Part shown: piece after piece, positions 11,647-22,137 of the stretch
How positions within the stretch are numbered: position 1 is the stretch's first letter
Layout of the letters: the number at the start of each line of letters is the position of its first letter
DNA from: Fimbriimonadia bacterium
Lineage (GTDB): Bacteria; Armatimonadota; Fimbriimonadia; Fimbriimonadales; JABRVX01
Reading direction: 5' to 3'
NCBI GenBank assembly: GCA_041483895.1
Contig: JBGPGO010000001.1
Span: 256,001-320,000, forward strand
Length of the DNA stretch: 64,000 nt
Notes under the pieces: model-generated
Database searches by the model: none
Told to the model about the DNA's origin: nothing
The model's input: only the letters and a program-made list of their open reading frames with translations
Made by a program: the position numbers and the translations under genes

Positions 11647-13473
11647 CTACTCTACGGTGACGCTTTTGGCCAAGTTTCGCGGCTGGTCAATGTCGCAGCC
11701 TCTTTCGCGGGCCACATAGTAGGCGAGAAGCTGCATCGGGAGAACGGCAAGCGGGGCGGCGAACAGGTCGTGGCCGCACCGCGGGATTTCGATCACATAG
11801 TCGGCGATTTCCGGGATCACCGGCTCCCCTTCTTGGATGATGGCGAGCGCGATGGCCCCCCGCGCCTTGATCTCCTTGATGTTGCTGGCGATCTTGTCCC
11901 GTGTGGCCGATTGGGTGGCGACGAAGACGGCGAGGCAGCCCGGTTCGACGAGAGCCAGCGGCCCGTGCTTCATCTCGCCTGCAGGGCCCTCCTGAGTTGG
12001 GATATACGCGATCTCTTTCAATTTGAGCGCCCCTTCCATAGCGACGGCGGCGTCCACCCCGCGCCCGAGGAAGAAGCAGACCGGCATGTCCTTCACATCC
12101 TTGGCCAACGCCTTGATCTGCGGCTCGACCTTCAGGATTTCGCGAAGGCGGTCCGGCTGTTTCGCGAGCTCGCTCACCATGAACGGCACAACGCTGGGGT
12201 CCACGCCGCGGAGCCGGTCTAGATGCAGGGCGATCATCATGAGCGAGCAGACCTGGGCGGAATAGGCCTTGGTGCTGGCGACGCAGATCTCCGGCCCCGC
12301 CTGGGTGTAGAGCACGTGATCGCATTCGCGGGACAAGGTGCTTCCGACCACATTGACGATGCCGAGCGTCAACGCGCCGCGCTCCTTCAGCAGTCGCAAG
12401 GCCGCCAGTGTGTCCGCCGTCTCTCCCGATTGGCTGATTAGGATGCCAAGGTCGTTTGGACCCATCAGCGGGTCGGAATAGCGGAACTCCGAGGAGTATT
12501 CGACGCGGACCGGCAGGCGAAGATAGCCCTCGACCATCCGCGCCCCGATGAGGCCCGCATGGAACGCCGTGCCGCATGCGACAATCACAAATCGTTCAAA
12601 TCCCATCCACTGCTCGTCGGTGATGCCGATGCCGAGCTCGATGCGGCCATCGACAACCCGGCCTCGCAGCGTACTGGCAAGGGTTTCGGGCTGCTCGTGC
12701 ATCTCTTTGAGCATGAAATGTTCGTATCCGCCCTTTTCCGCTGCCTCCAGGTCCCAGTCCACAACTTGGATCGGCCGCTCGACCCGGTTCCCACCTTCGT
12801 CGAAAATGGTCACCATTTCACGGCGGATTTCCGCGATGTCCCCGTTGTCGAGGATAATCACTTTGCGTGTGTATGGCAGGATGGCGGAGATGTCCGAGGC
12901 GAGGAAGTTCTCGTGCTCTCCCAGACCCACCACCAGCGGCGAATCCTGCCTGATCGCCACAATAACGTCCGGCTCCGTGGACGACACGACGGCCACGCCG
13001 ACCGCTCCATGCAGCCGCTTTTCCGCTCTTTGGACCGCGGCGAGCAGCCCGTCGCCCAACTTCAGCTCCTCCTCGATCAGGTGCGCAATCACCTCGGTAT
13101 CTGTCTCGGACTCGAACTTGTGACCCTTCCCTATCAACTCATGGCGGATTTCAAGATAGTTCTCGATGATGCCGTTGTGGACGAGTGCGATATTGTAAGT
13201 TCCGTCCGTGTGCGGATGGGCGTTGATATCGTTCGGAGCGCCGTGCGTGGCCCATCGGGTATGGGCGATGCAGGTGGTCGCGTGTGGCTTATCCCGGTCC
13301 AAGATGCGGACAAGGTTGGCAATCTTGCCCGCCTTTTTGACCACGGTGATGCCGTTGCCGTTCGCGTAGGCTACGCCCGCCGAGTCGTAGCCTCTATATT
13401 CCAGCCTGCGGAGGGACTCGACCGCGATATCCACCGCCTCGCGCGGCCCGACATAACCCGTGATTCCACACAT
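11647..13473 (-). CDS. glmS: Glutamine--fructose-6-phosphate transaminase (isomerizing)
   Basis: MCGITG, LEYRGYDSAG, HTRWATHG, SQSGETADT, C-terminal DIDQPRNLAKSVTVE. Confidence 0.98.
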   Translation of the reverse strand: MCGITGYVGPREAVDIAVESLRRLEYRGYDSAGVAYANGNGITVVKKAGKIANLVRILDRDKPHATTCIAHTRWATHGAPNDINAHPHTDGTYNIALVHNGIIENYLEIRHELIGKGHKFESETDTEVIAHLIEEELKLGDGLLAAVQRAEKRLHGAVGVAVVSSTEPDVIVAIRQDSPLVVGLGEHENFLASDISAILPYTRKVIILDNGDIAEIRREMVTIFDEGGNRVERPIQVVDWDLEAAEKGGYEHFMLKEMHEQPETLASTLRGRVVDGRIELGIGITDEQWMGFERFVIVACGTAFHAGLIGARMVEGYLRLPVRVEYSSEFRYSDPLMGPNDLGILISQSGETADTLAALRLLKERGALTLGIVNVVGSTLSRECDHVLYTQAGPEICVASTKAYSAQVCSLMMIALHLDRLRGVDPSVVPFMVSELAKQPDRLREILKVEPQIKALAKDVKDMPVCFFLGRGVDAAVAMEGALKLKEIAYIPTQEGPAGEMKHGPLALVEPGCLAVFVATQSATRDKIASNIKEIKARGAIALAIIQEGEPVIPEIADYVIEIPRCGHDLFAAPLAVLPMQLLAYYVARERGCDIDQPRNLAKSVTVE

Positions 13474-13512
13474 ACGTGAACTCCTTAGTCCTTCGCTTGG
13501 TGCACGACTTGA

Positions 13513-13941
13513 TTAGCGCACTCGGTCATAACGCATTTCCATCCCGTTTGGAGATATCAAGGACAATTTATCACCAGAAATGACAAAGCGACTTTGCCCC
13601 GACAACACATTCCCAAAGTCCTTGATTGACCCATTATGCCAACGAATTGATACATTGCCGCTTTCCGATCTGGAACTACTTTTCCACTGACCGACAAGGT
13701 ATAACTTTTCCTCGTCCCAAGGAAACATGACTACCTTGCCGCCTAAGCTAAACGTTATCTCATTGAAGAATATCTTTCCCGCGAAATTACCCTTCGGCAC
13801 TTCTCTGGTCCATATTCCAACCAACGGGTCCGGCATCTTGTTATACGCCGGCGGCTGCCGAGCTACAGCGTAACCAGCCAACGTGGCGGCGGCACATGAC
13901 AATAGCCAAACGCCGCAAATTGCAATCCATCTTCTCGCCAT
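13513..13941 (-). CDS. Hypothetical exported protein
   Basis: 142-aa ORF with N-terminal hydrophobic segment, GAGGGGG SD, visibly more AT-rich than its neighbours. Confidence 0.65.
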   Translation of the reverse strand: MARRWIAICGVWLLSCAAATLAGYAVARQPPAYNKMPDPLVGIWTREVPKGNFAGKIFFNEITFSLGGKVVMFPWDEEKLYLVGQWKSSSRSESGNVSIRWHNGSIKDFGNVLSGQSRFVISGDKLSLISPNGMEMRYDRVR

Positions 13942-13953
13942 GTTCCCCCTCGC

Positions 13954-14035
13954 GATGCGACCGGTCTCCGGACCGAATCGCCATTCACTTTCGGAGCGAC
14001 GTCCGATGCGACTCGGTCAGGAGACCGGTCGCATC
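13954..14035. repeat. REPIN-like inverted pair of a 28-bp repeat (family A: GATGCGACCGGTCTCC...ACCGAGTCGC)
   Basis: 13954-13981 and inverted 14008-14035; same unit at 26031-26186 (x4) and 50966-51089 (x2). Confidence 0.85.
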
Positions 14036-14045
14036 AAGTTGCAAC

Positions 14046-14714
14046 TCACTGGCTAGGCTTGTAGACATCCTCCGAAACGACCTCGCGCCGAATCGGCAGC
14101 CCGTCCCTAAAGATCGTACGTATCGTCCGGGTCGCAATACGGCCATCTCGCAGCCGATTCTCCTCCACATCGATCTGAGTCTCGGTCAAAAGCGGCTTGG
14201 CCCCGTATACGCTGCACTCCAGCCGCCGCCCCTTGACCTCCAATACTACTCGAATTGGGAAGGGATTGGGATTTGTGAACTTGAGGTCGGAATATTCCGA
14301 GATGGTGGCGTCCCGGCCCGGTTGAAGGTAGCGGACGGTCAGGCTGTGCTGGTGGCGTTCGATGATCCGTAGATTTGCGAGGAGCGCGGCATTGTAGATC
14401 GTGCTGCTCAGCTGGCACAGCCCGCCCGCCAGCGCGTCCATCTTCCCAAAGCCCGTGTAGGTCGGCGCGTCAGTATAGCCCTGTCCTTCCACGCGCGGAC
14501 CCACCAGCCGGTTGAAAGAGAAAACGGCCCCCGGCGGCATGTAGACGTTCTTCAGTTTCGCGCCAGCCAGCCGGATGTTGCCGTTCCGCTGCCATTCATC
14601 CCGCGCCAGCTCCGTGGTGAAGCTGGACAGGAGGTTGGGCGTAGGTTGGACCGGCTTGGCGGCGTACCAACCCTGCACGGACAGCGAAACGGCAACGATC
14701 CAAGTGGCGGTCAT
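14046..14714 (-). CDS. VanW family protein
   Basis: RNGNIRLA, FSFNRLVGPR, GGLCQLSSTIYNAAL, ERHQHS, GRDATI, DLKFTNP. Confidence 0.9.
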   Translation of the reverse strand: MTATWIVAVSLSVQGWYAAKPVQPTPNLLSSFTTELARDEWQRNGNIRLAGAKLKNVYMPPGAVFSFNRLVGPRVEGQGYTDAPTYTGFGKMDALAGGLCQLSSTIYNAALLANLRIIERHQHSLTVRYLQPGRDATISEYSDLKFTNPNPFPIRVVLEVKGRRLECSVYGAKPLLTETQIDVEENRLRDGRIATRTIRTIFRDGLPIRREVVSEDVYKPSQ

Positions 14715-17700
14715 TTTGGCCTCACTTTGATCGCCGACGAGGTGCCGGTTCCGGTGATGCTCGGCAGGTACATCTGGGTCGCGACGGGTGGGGCGGACCG
14801 GAAGTCGCCGGGTGTCACCGCGCGCAGAACGTAGTAGAAGACCGAGCGGCCATCCCCTAAGTCTTCAAGCAGCATCACCGTTCGGTTTTCGTGCTGCTCG
14901 CGCTGCGCATACCCATAGTAGTTGAACCGGCCCTCTTCCTGGTCGCCGCGGCCAATCAGCCAATCAGCATAGAGATATTGGCTGTTCTCCTCGTCGATGG
15001 GCTCCAATCCCGCCGGCATGGGGTCTTCCAGCAGAACATGCCGCATCGGCGCGTCCGACTGGACGATCAATTTCACCACGACCTCGTCGCCTGGCGAAAA
15101 GGCGTTGCCGGCCGACAGAAGCTTATACGCGTCCTCGGACCATGTGTAGTTGTTTTCCGTGTGGGTTGTTATGGACTTGCCGAGCTTGTAGTAGTAACGC
15201 GTTATGCCGATGCCGGACGCGGTGGCCGTCTTCTGCTCCCACGGCACGCTGTACTTCTCCGTCACCGAATAACGGACTTCGCCCTGCCCATCGAGCCGGA
15301 TCTCCCAAGCAGCGCGGTTCTGAGTCAGCTTGTCCGCGCCGACCGTCACCACAATCTCTTGCGGCTGGCTGCTCGCGGCCAGGTCTGTCTCCTTGGCCAC
15401 CGCGCCGTTTACCAGCACGGAGACTTTGCCGTGGAAGTCCCGCTGCGGGTTGGCGGCCAGGTATTCGGCAAATGCCGTCGCGATCTTCGCGGTGTCGTTG
15501 GTGGATACCCAATACCCGCCCAAGCGGTTTGCCGTGAGCCAGTTGATCACCTTAGCTACAACCGGATTTTTGGGGTCCATCCTTAGAATGGCCCGGAGCA
15601 CCTCTGCCGTCGCATAAGTATCCTGCTCGCCGAAGTAGTACCAATAGCCGTACTCGCTGCCGCGATCCGACTTCCAGTAAGCGAAGTTGCCCTGGCCGGA
15701 TCGGTATGCCATCAGTCTGTTCATGATCGAGCGAGCCTCGGCGTGCTTGCCGACCTCATCCAATCCCATCGCCAGCATCGCGATGCCGGCATTGCCCAGG
15801 TCGTCGGACTTCGTCACCATGCGATCGAAGGCCGCGGACCAGCTGTCTGGGCTTTCCTTGGCGGCGACCACCAGTCCCTGCAGCTTGGCGTGCAGGTTGT
15901 AGCGATATTGCCACACCGCCGCCTCGTATTCATCCTTCGTCTGGTTGGTCTTGTGCACCGGTTTGGTGTCGTCCGCAGCCATCACCATCGCGGATAGCTG
16001 CCGCCCGCCACGCTGCATCACATTGTCGTCGATCGCGTACCCCGCGGCTTTGGCCTGTTGTAGGGCGTCCATGACGTATGAGGTCCAGTAGAGGTCCCCT
16101 TCCGAGTGGTCGCCCCATCCCCAACCGCCGTCGTAGTTCTGGTGGTTGTAGATGCGCTGGATGCCCACTTTGATCATGTCATCCAGTCGGGCCGTCAGCT
16201 TCTGGTCCGGGGAGTTGGATGCATTGACAACGCGCAGGAGCGCGAGGTCGGCGAGTGTCGGGCTTGTCGTCTGCTCGATGCAGCCGTACGGATAGGTTGC
16301 AAGCTGGTCTACCGATCCCAGGATCATCCCGGTCAGCGAGGGGGACAGGCGGAAGGTCAGGCTTTCGCTGCCACTGTTTCTGCCAGTCGGGAAGGCTGCG
16401 GTCCCTTCCACGCTCTGCGATGCCGTTCCGGCGTCCGTTTTCGTGCGCCAGGTGGCGTATTGCTGAATGTCGAGCTGCTTTAGGACGGCGTCGCTATCCG
16501 TCGAGCCCTTCGCGATCATCAGCAGCGAGGCCGTGCCTTCCTGGGCAGCGGCGGCCTCGATATCGTAGCGCCATTCGCCCTTCGCGGGGATGGAGATCTG
16601 GGTTGCCGGCTTGGAGGTCAGCTCAATGCCGCCCTCTGTCTGGACCTCCAGGGAAACGCTCTGCACATGGTCGCTGGTGTTACGGACCACCGCGATGATG
16701 CGGAACGTGTCGCCCTTTGTCACAAATCGCGGGAGGTTGAGCGAGGCGATGAGCGGCTTGCTGACCCGCAGGTCCGCGTTGGTTGCTTGGCCTACTGATG
16801 TGTTCGATCCGACGGCCCGCACCGTGGCGCGCCACTGGGTCAGATTGTCGGGCAACTTGAAGGATGAACTTCCCCGCCCTGTCTCGTCGGTCTGCAGCGA
16901 TGGCGCCCAGAAGGCGGTGTCACGGAAATCTCGCCGGAGCTTGATGCCTGCGGCCTCTGCCTTGTTCGCCAAGGTGTCCATATCCCGCATCTCCTTGCGC
17001 TGGACCCGGGCGGCGGCCGATTGGATCTGCCGGTCGAGGTCCTCCGTGTGGGTGGTCGAAACCTGATTCCGCTTCGGGCCATAGAAGAAGCCGCGAATGT
17101 CCTCCGTGGTATCGGAACGGATCGCGTAGATCGATTCATCGACGACTTGTAACGAATAGTCCGCGGGAACGGGCCGATCGTTGCTGTCTTTGGTCACGAC
17201 CCTGTAGGTGGTGTCCTCGCCGGGAAGATGCTGTTGAGAATCCGGGACCACCTCAACCTTGAGAATGCGGGTCGGGTCCTCGACGTTGATGGACACCTGG
17301 CCTTCCCGCAGTTGGCCATTGACGCAGATGCCGCCCCATACCGTGAAGGAGGGGAGCAATCCGTCCGTGACGTTGATCTCCAGCGCGGCCGAGCCGTTCT
17401 GGACGGGCAAGATGCCGTAATTATGAATGTCCAGTCCCTCGACGGAATACCACAGGCTGCCTTGCTTCACGGGTGGCTGGAACAGAATCGTTACGTGTCC
17501 GCCGAGGTTCGTTCGCTTCACCGACGCGACGACGTTGAGCGTTTCGTTCGAGCCCCAACCGTAATAGTCTTGCGACTGGCCGTAGACATAGACGAATTCC
17601 GTAAAGCGGCTGATTCGTCCCTGCGCATCGCGGGTGGTGCTGATCAGCTTGTAGTTTCCGGGCGCATCGGGCGTGAAGCTGCGATGGAGGGTCCCATCTG

Positions 17701-19282
17701 CGCCGGTCTGCAGGGTTGTGTCTTCTTTCGGATCGCTGTGCTCGACCCACCGATTCCCTTCCTTTTCCCACCGGCTCCGGATGATCTGGAGGCCGAAGGA
17801 TTGGTTCGACGCCGTTTGCCGCAGGAGCGCGTTGATACTCGAAGCCTTGATGTCCACAGGCTCGGCGATCTTGCCGACCCAGGTATCCGTCTCCAGGTGC
17901 GTAAAGACCTCGCCGGGGAGGATCGTCGCCGTTCCATTGACATCTCCCTCTCGGCCGGCAATGTCCAGCATCTCGGCGCTGACGCTTAGTTCTAGCGGCT
18001 GATCGAACTTCCTGTTTGAAAACGTGGTCGGCAGCTTGATGAGCAACACGCCGTTGGCGTCCGTAGTCCCCTTCCCCTCGATGCGGGTTTCGCCCCAGCC
18101 ATAGCTGCTTCCATAATTTCGCTCTTCCGTTTGGGTTTCCCAGGACGGTCCCTCGTCCTCCTCGGGCAGGAATTCGTACCACGAGTTGCCGGATTCGCGG
18201 ACGTAGGCGCTCCATGAGACGCGGCTGTTGGCAAGCGGCGCGCCGAAGTAGTACTTGGCGGTGACGCGGGCTGTCAGCGAATCGCCGGTCACGACCGGGT
18301 CTTTATCGAAGTCCAGCGTGATCTTGTATTCGGGCTTCTTGTACTCGGCGACGGACAGGTCGGCCGTCCCTTTCAGCTCCTCGCCAACTTTCGCGATCAA
18401 CTGGTAGCCGGCGGGCGGAGTGCCCTTTGGGATCATCAGCTCACCCGAAAACGAGCCGTGTCCGTCCGATTGCGCGGTCGCGGTCAGGAGAGAACGTTCC
18501 TCTTGATAGGATCGCGACAGCTCCATCTCGACCTGGCCCCCTCCGACCTCGACGTAGCCGCCATTCTGGAACGTCCGGACGATGCCCTTGAAAAACACCG
18601 TGTCGCCTGGCCGATACACCGGTCTATCCGTGTAAAGATAGATCCGATCCTCGCCCTCATTCTCGTTGCGATACCCATAGGGCGTGAGCGCCGCGAAGTG
18701 CTCGCCATAACGCGCCGTTATTGGAAGATTTGATGCGTTGCCTGGCCCTTCCCAGATACCATTTGCGCCAGTGCGGCCCTCGATCGGCGGACCGGTCTCA
18801 GGGACCATTCGAACGATGGCGCCCGCGACCGGCTTGCTGGCGGCCCGATTGAGGACCCAGACGACTATCTTGTTCGAGCTCTTCTTGAGCACCATCGAAA
18901 GGTCCGAAACGATGAAGCGCATGATGCGGGTCTGGCCGTTCATGCTGGCCCGGACCACATAGATTCCCGGCTTGCCGGTCGGCACGGTCACGGCATCGTA
19001 GGTGTAGCGATTCTTGCCGCTGGGCTTCAGTCTGGGTGTGACAACCGTGTCCGGCTTCCTGTTGTCTATGTTGCCGGAGGTTTCTATACCCGCCTTTGCG
19101 GAGGTCTGGAACACCTCCAGGCGCAGGGGACCGGGCTTCCCGCGGTAGCCGATGTTGATATATGCTCGTTCTGAAGTAGTGAAAACGCTTTTCTGGGGAT
19201 TGATGTCCCAGTAGGTGGATTGCGCTGAGGCGATCGCCGCGGCGCCGGCGATCAGCAACGTGGCCAATATTCGATTGTTCAT
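14711..19282 (-). CDS. Bacterial alpha-2-macroglobulin (MG2 domain protein)
   Basis: YLYTDRPVYRPGDTV, LRRDFRDTAFWAP, LPDNLTQWR, thioester motif YPYGCIEQT, LLEDPMPAGLEP, YVLRAVTPGDF. Confidence 0.95.
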   Translation of the reverse strand: MNNRILATLLIAGAAAIASAQSTYWDINPQKSVFTTSERAYINIGYRGKPGPLRLEVFQTSAKAGIETSGNIDNRKPDTVVTPRLKPSGKNRYTYDAVTVPTGKPGIYVVRASMNGQTRIMRFIVSDLSMVLKKSSNKIVVWVLNRAASKPVAGAIVRMVPETGPPIEGRTGANGIWEGPGNASNLPITARYGEHFAALTPYGYRNENEGEDRIYLYTDRPVYRPGDTVFFKGIVRTFQNGGYVEVGGGQVEMELSRSYQEERSLLTATAQSDGHGSFSGELMIPKGTPPAGYQLIAKVGEELKGTADLSVAEYKKPEYKITLDFDKDPVVTGDSLTARVTAKYYFGAPLANSRVSWSAYVRESGNSWYEFLPEEDEGPSWETQTEERNYGSSYGWGETRIEGKGTTDANGVLLIKLPTTFSNRKFDQPLELSVSAEMLDIAGREGDVNGTATILPGEVFTHLETDTWVGKIAEPVDIKASSINALLRQTASNQSFGLQIIRSRWEKEGNRWVEHSDPKEDTTLQTGADGTLHRSFTPDAPGNYKLISTTRDAQGRISRFTEFVYVYGQSQDYYGWGSNETLNVVASVKRTNLGGHVTILFQPPVKQGSLWYSVEGLDIHNYGILPVQNGSAALEINVTDGLLPSFTVWGGICVNGQLREGQVSINVEDPTRILKVEVVPDSQQHLPGEDTTYRVVTKDSNDRPVPADYSLQVVDESIYAIRSDTTEDIRGFFYGPKRNQVSTTHTEDLDRQIQSAAARVQRKEMRDMDTLANKAEAAGIKLRRDFRDTAFWAPSLQTDETGRGSSSFKLPDNLTQWRATVRAVGSNTSVGQATNADLRVSKPLIASLNLPRFVTKGDTFRIIAVVRNTSDHVQSVSLEVQTEGGIELTSKPATQISIPAKGEWRYDIEAAAAQEGTASLLMIAKGSTDSDAVLKQLDIQQYATWRTKTDAGTASQSVEGTAAFPTGRNSGSESLTFRLSPSLTGMILGSVDQLATYPYGCIEQTTSPTLADLALLRVVNASNSPDQKLTARLDDMIKVGIQRIYNHQNYDGGWGWGDHSEGDLYWTSYVMDALQQAKAAGYAIDDNVMQRGGRQLSAMVMAADDTKPVHKTNQTKDEYEAAVWQYRYNLHAKLQGLVVAAKESPDSWSAAFDRMVTKSDDLGNAGIAMLAMGLDEVGKHAEARSIMNRLMAYRSGQGNFAYWKSDRGSEYGYWYYFGEQDTYATAEVLRAILRMDPKNPVVAKVINWLTANRLGGYWVSTNDTAKIATAFAEYLAANPQRDFHGKVSVLVNGAVAKETDLAASSQPQEIVVTVGADKLTQNRAAWEIRLDGQGEVRYSVTEKYSVPWEQKTATASGIGITRYYYKLGKSITTHTENNYTWSEDAYKLLSAGNAFSPGDEVVVKLIVQSDAPMRHVLLEDPMPAGLEPIDEENSQYLYADWLIGRGDQEEGRFNYYGYAQREQHENRTVMLLEDLGDGRSVFYYVLRAVTPGDFRSAPPVATQMYLPSITGTGTSSAIKVRPK

Positions 19283-19371
19283 GGACTCCTAGGTTCTCCG
19301 CCCGTCTCACGGGCCTTGTGCCTGCCGAAATTCCCTCCTTGGAAATTCGTCACCGGAATTCGGTAGGGCTG

Positions 19372-19389
19372 ATATCAATTATATGATAT
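19372..19389 (-). promoter_or_regulatory. -10 box TATAAT flanked by an ATATCA/TGATAT inverted repeat (candidate operator)
   Basis: ATATCA-ATTATA-TGATAT, about 90 nt upstream of the alpha-2-macroglobulin start. Confidence 0.45.
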
Positions 19390-19452
19390 TGGGGCCATTG
19401 GGTTGCATGGTTTTGCACGGATTTTCACGATTCATGTCTCTATCAAATCCGC

Positions 19453-19611
19453 TGTCATTCCGGCGCGGAGCGAGGAATCTCTTTTTGTGCCACTGAGGCT
19501 GTCATTCCGAAGCGCAGCGAGGAATCTCTTTCAGAACCTCTCGACGTCAGCCATCGCGGTCAGATCGCAGGTCCTCCGGAAAGGGATTCCGCGCTGCGCT
19601 TCGGAATGACA
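19453..19611. repeat. REP-like cluster (family B: TGTCATTCCG...GCGAGGAATCT), two direct copies and one inverted
   Basis: 19453-19482, 19500-19529 and inverted 19584-19611. Confidence 0.8.
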
Positions 19612-19681
19612 ACGTGGTCGGCAGGCGAACGCGGGCTCTTGGGATTGCCTGCTCGACCGATATCGTCACTCTGGCCCGCGC

Positions 19682-20674
19682 TTACTGCGTCGTGATTGTC
19701 CGGCCGGATTTCACTGCCTCGTAGGCCCCCAGGATGATCTGCAAGACCGCGATGCCGTTTTCGTGGTTGTGGCGCGGGCGCGCGCCGGTCTTCACGCAAT
19801 CCAGAAAATGCTTCGTCTGCGCCACGAAGGAGTTGCGTTTCTCCAGCGTCAGCTTCGCGGGCTCCGTAAAGCCGAGCGGTTTGAAGTATAGGTCCGAGCC
19901 GCGCCCAAAAAGCTGCCCGTTGCTCCCGATGGCGTGCACCTGCCAGTGTCCGTACGGCACCTCGTGCGCCCAGCTTGTGTCGATTGTTCCCCGCACCCCA
20001 TTCTTGAATCGGACCAGCACTTCCGCCGTGTCTTCCCCATCCAGGCCGCTGGCGCTGTGCTTGTCGGTCATCGCGGTCACCGACGCCGGTTCCCCGTTGG
20101 CCAAATACATCAGCATATAGGTGGGATGATAGCCCGTGTCGATCAGGCACCCGCCACCCATCGTCGCCATCTCCCCACGCCAGCCCCAATCGGCCTTGTT
20201 GGGCCGAATCATGCTGAAGCAGTCGGCCGTGCGAAGCGACCACACTTCCCCCACCATCCCTTGATCAAGAGCCGCCTTCGCCCGTTCGACGGCGGGATCG
20301 AAGAGCTGGTTATGGGCGCACATGATGGTGATGCCGCTGTCGGCCACTGCCCTTCGTATCTGCTCGGCCTCGTCGAAGCTGATGCAGAGCGGCTTTTCGA
20401 CCAGCACGTGCTTCTTGGCTTTGGCGCAATCTAGGATCGCGGGGCAGTGAAGATGGTGCGGGAGGCAGATGCTGACCGCGTCCACGTCGGCGGCTAGCAG
20501 GTCGTTCCAGTCCTCATACCGCTTCGCGCTTGGGAATTTGGCCGCCACCTTGTCGAGATTGGCCTCGTTGATATCGCAGAGAGCGGTGACTGCGCTTTGG
20601 TCGGCCGCTTCCAAGTACCCGGTTGCGTGGGCGTGGGAAATGCCGCCGGTGCCGATGATGCCGATTCGAATCAT
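19682..20674 (-). CDS. Gfo/Idh/MocA family oxidoreductase
   Basis: MIRIGIIGTGGI, HVLVEKP, GGGCLIDTGYH; GGAG SD before ATG 20674. Confidence 0.92.
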   Translation of the reverse strand: MIRIGIIGTGGISHAHATGYLEAADQSAVTALCDINEANLDKVAAKFPSAKRYEDWNDLLAADVDAVSICLPHHLHCPAILDCAKAKKHVLVEKPLCISFDEAEQIRRAVADSGITIMCAHNQLFDPAVERAKAALDQGMVGEVWSLRTADCFSMIRPNKADWGWRGEMATMGGGCLIDTGYHPTYMLMYLANGEPASVTAMTDKHSASGLDGEDTAEVLVRFKNGVRGTIDTSWAHEVPYGHWQVHAIGSNGQLFGRGSDLYFKPLGFTEPAKLTLEKRNSFVAQTKHFLDCVKTGARPRHNHENGIAVLQIILGAYEAVKSGRTITTQ

Positions 20675-20829
20675 GGGTTGTCTCCAATTGATTGGGGTTG
20701 GGTCTCGATTCGATCCCTGTTCCCAGACTCCTGTACGCCACGATTCGGCGGAGTACACTTGGTATGGCAACTTCGGGGGTGCGGTCCATTCGGCTTTTTG
20801 TTGGTAGAATTGGTATGGGAGGAGTTGAT

Positions 20830-22116
20830 GTGACGAAGAGTTTATTCGCAGCGATCCATGGGTGCCTCCTTGCAGGGCTTTGTCTATCGGCGCAGGCCTG
20901 CGATTCGCGCGACGCCACGGAACAGTCGTTGGAACGCAATGTAGCGTTCGAGTCGCATGAAAAACAGTGGACCGGGGTCCTCTCGGACCTTTCGAAGTCA
21001 CTAGGCGTGACAATCGTTTGCGATCTCGGCAATCTGTCGGACAGCCCTGGTTTTCCCGTGGTTGCAGGCACCGGCCGAGAGATCCTAGACAGCATGGCGA
21101 TCGCGATGGGCAGAAGGTGGGAGCTGCGAGAAGGCTGCGTTCTCTTTTTGCGCAACCGCGGCGACGGCGGCGGAATATACACTCTGCTCAAGCAGGCAAC
21201 CGAGATTCAGTCGATTCTCAACCGGATGACGCCGGCTCAGATGACCGACCTCCTGAAAGGGCAGCTTTCCGCCAAATCATTGGACGAAGAGAGCAAGAGC
21301 ACGTTGTTGAAAATGTGTGCTGGCTATTTCCCTGCCGGAGATCGGATCGCTGCCGGTGCCTGGTCTAAAGCAAGACTCGGAGCGGGGCTTGCGGGGCTTG
21401 CCGACATTTTGGACGACCAGGGCCGCACCACCAAGACAATTCAGCTAAATCACATGACACTCAATGGTCCGGATCAAGAGGACTACGCGGATCAAGATGC
21501 GAAGGAGCTACACCTAACTGAACTGGCGGTCGCAAAGCCTGCTAGACTTGCCGCAACGATAGACGATTGGGACGTGCTGACGGGCTTCAGTGGGACATTG
21601 CGCCAAATTGCCGACAAAATTCGCAAGGATGTCGGATTGCGGGTCGATTATGATTCCCGCGTGGCCTCAGCAAAGTATTTTGTCGTGGGCGCCATACCAA
21701 GGAAGAAGATTGTTGATATTTTGGCGCGCGTCTCGACGCCGATGCCCCTGACTGAGAGGAAGTCAGAAAAGGATGTCGACGAAATTGTCCAGTCCATGCT
21801 TGATTCCTCCCTCTCCGCACTGAAAAAAGAGGGTTCGGGTATTCAAGCGTTGGGCCTTTCGGCCGATGACCTTCTAGGCGAGCGGGAGATGAAGATCTCT
21901 GACTTTGGAGCCTTAGCCATCGCCAGTTCGCCTCAATTAGGTTCATTTTCGCCAGAAACCAAAATCCGCCTTAGAGCCGGTCTGCTTCTTACGTTCGACC
22001 CGTTTGAATCCGCTTTCCAAGGCTATTCCAAGATGCCTGACGGCAGGACTGTTGGAAACAGCATTTCGTACCAGATGACATGGGTTCTCGGTAATTTCGT
22101 TTACCCGGGCCGATAG
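20830..22116 (+). CDS. Hypothetical exported protein
   Basis: Long ORF, GGAGGAG SD before GTG 20830, signal-like N-terminus; no family recognised. Confidence 0.7.
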   Translation: MTKSLFAAIHGCLLAGLCLSAQACDSRDATEQSLERNVAFESHEKQWTGVLSDLSKSLGVTIVCDLGNLSDSPGFPVVAGTGREILDSMAIAMGRRWELREGCVLFLRNRGDGGGIYTLLKQATEIQSILNRMTPAQMTDLLKGQLSAKSLDEESKSTLLKMCAGYFPAGDRIAAGAWSKARLGAGLAGLADILDDQGRTTKTIQLNHMTLNGPDQEDYADQDAKELHLTELAVAKPARLAATIDDWDVLTGFSGTLRQIADKIRKDVGLRVDYDSRVASAKYFVVGAIPRKKIVDILARVSTPMPLTERKSEKDVDEIVQSMLDSSLSALKKEGSGIQALGLSADDLLGEREMKISDFGALAIASSPQLGSFSPETKIRLRAGLLLTFDPFESAFQGYSKMPDGRTVGNSISYQMTWVLGNFVYPGR

Positions 22117-22137
22117 CCTTCGAGTCATAATCCCCGC

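Noticed and set aside
13474..13512. glmS ribozyme upstream of glmS
   Set aside because: Only 39 nt are intergenic and no ribozyme core is visible
19403..19609. 68-aa ORF, and ORFs 50913-51248 and 54943-55176
   Set aside because: Translations of REP-like repeats in intergenic DNA
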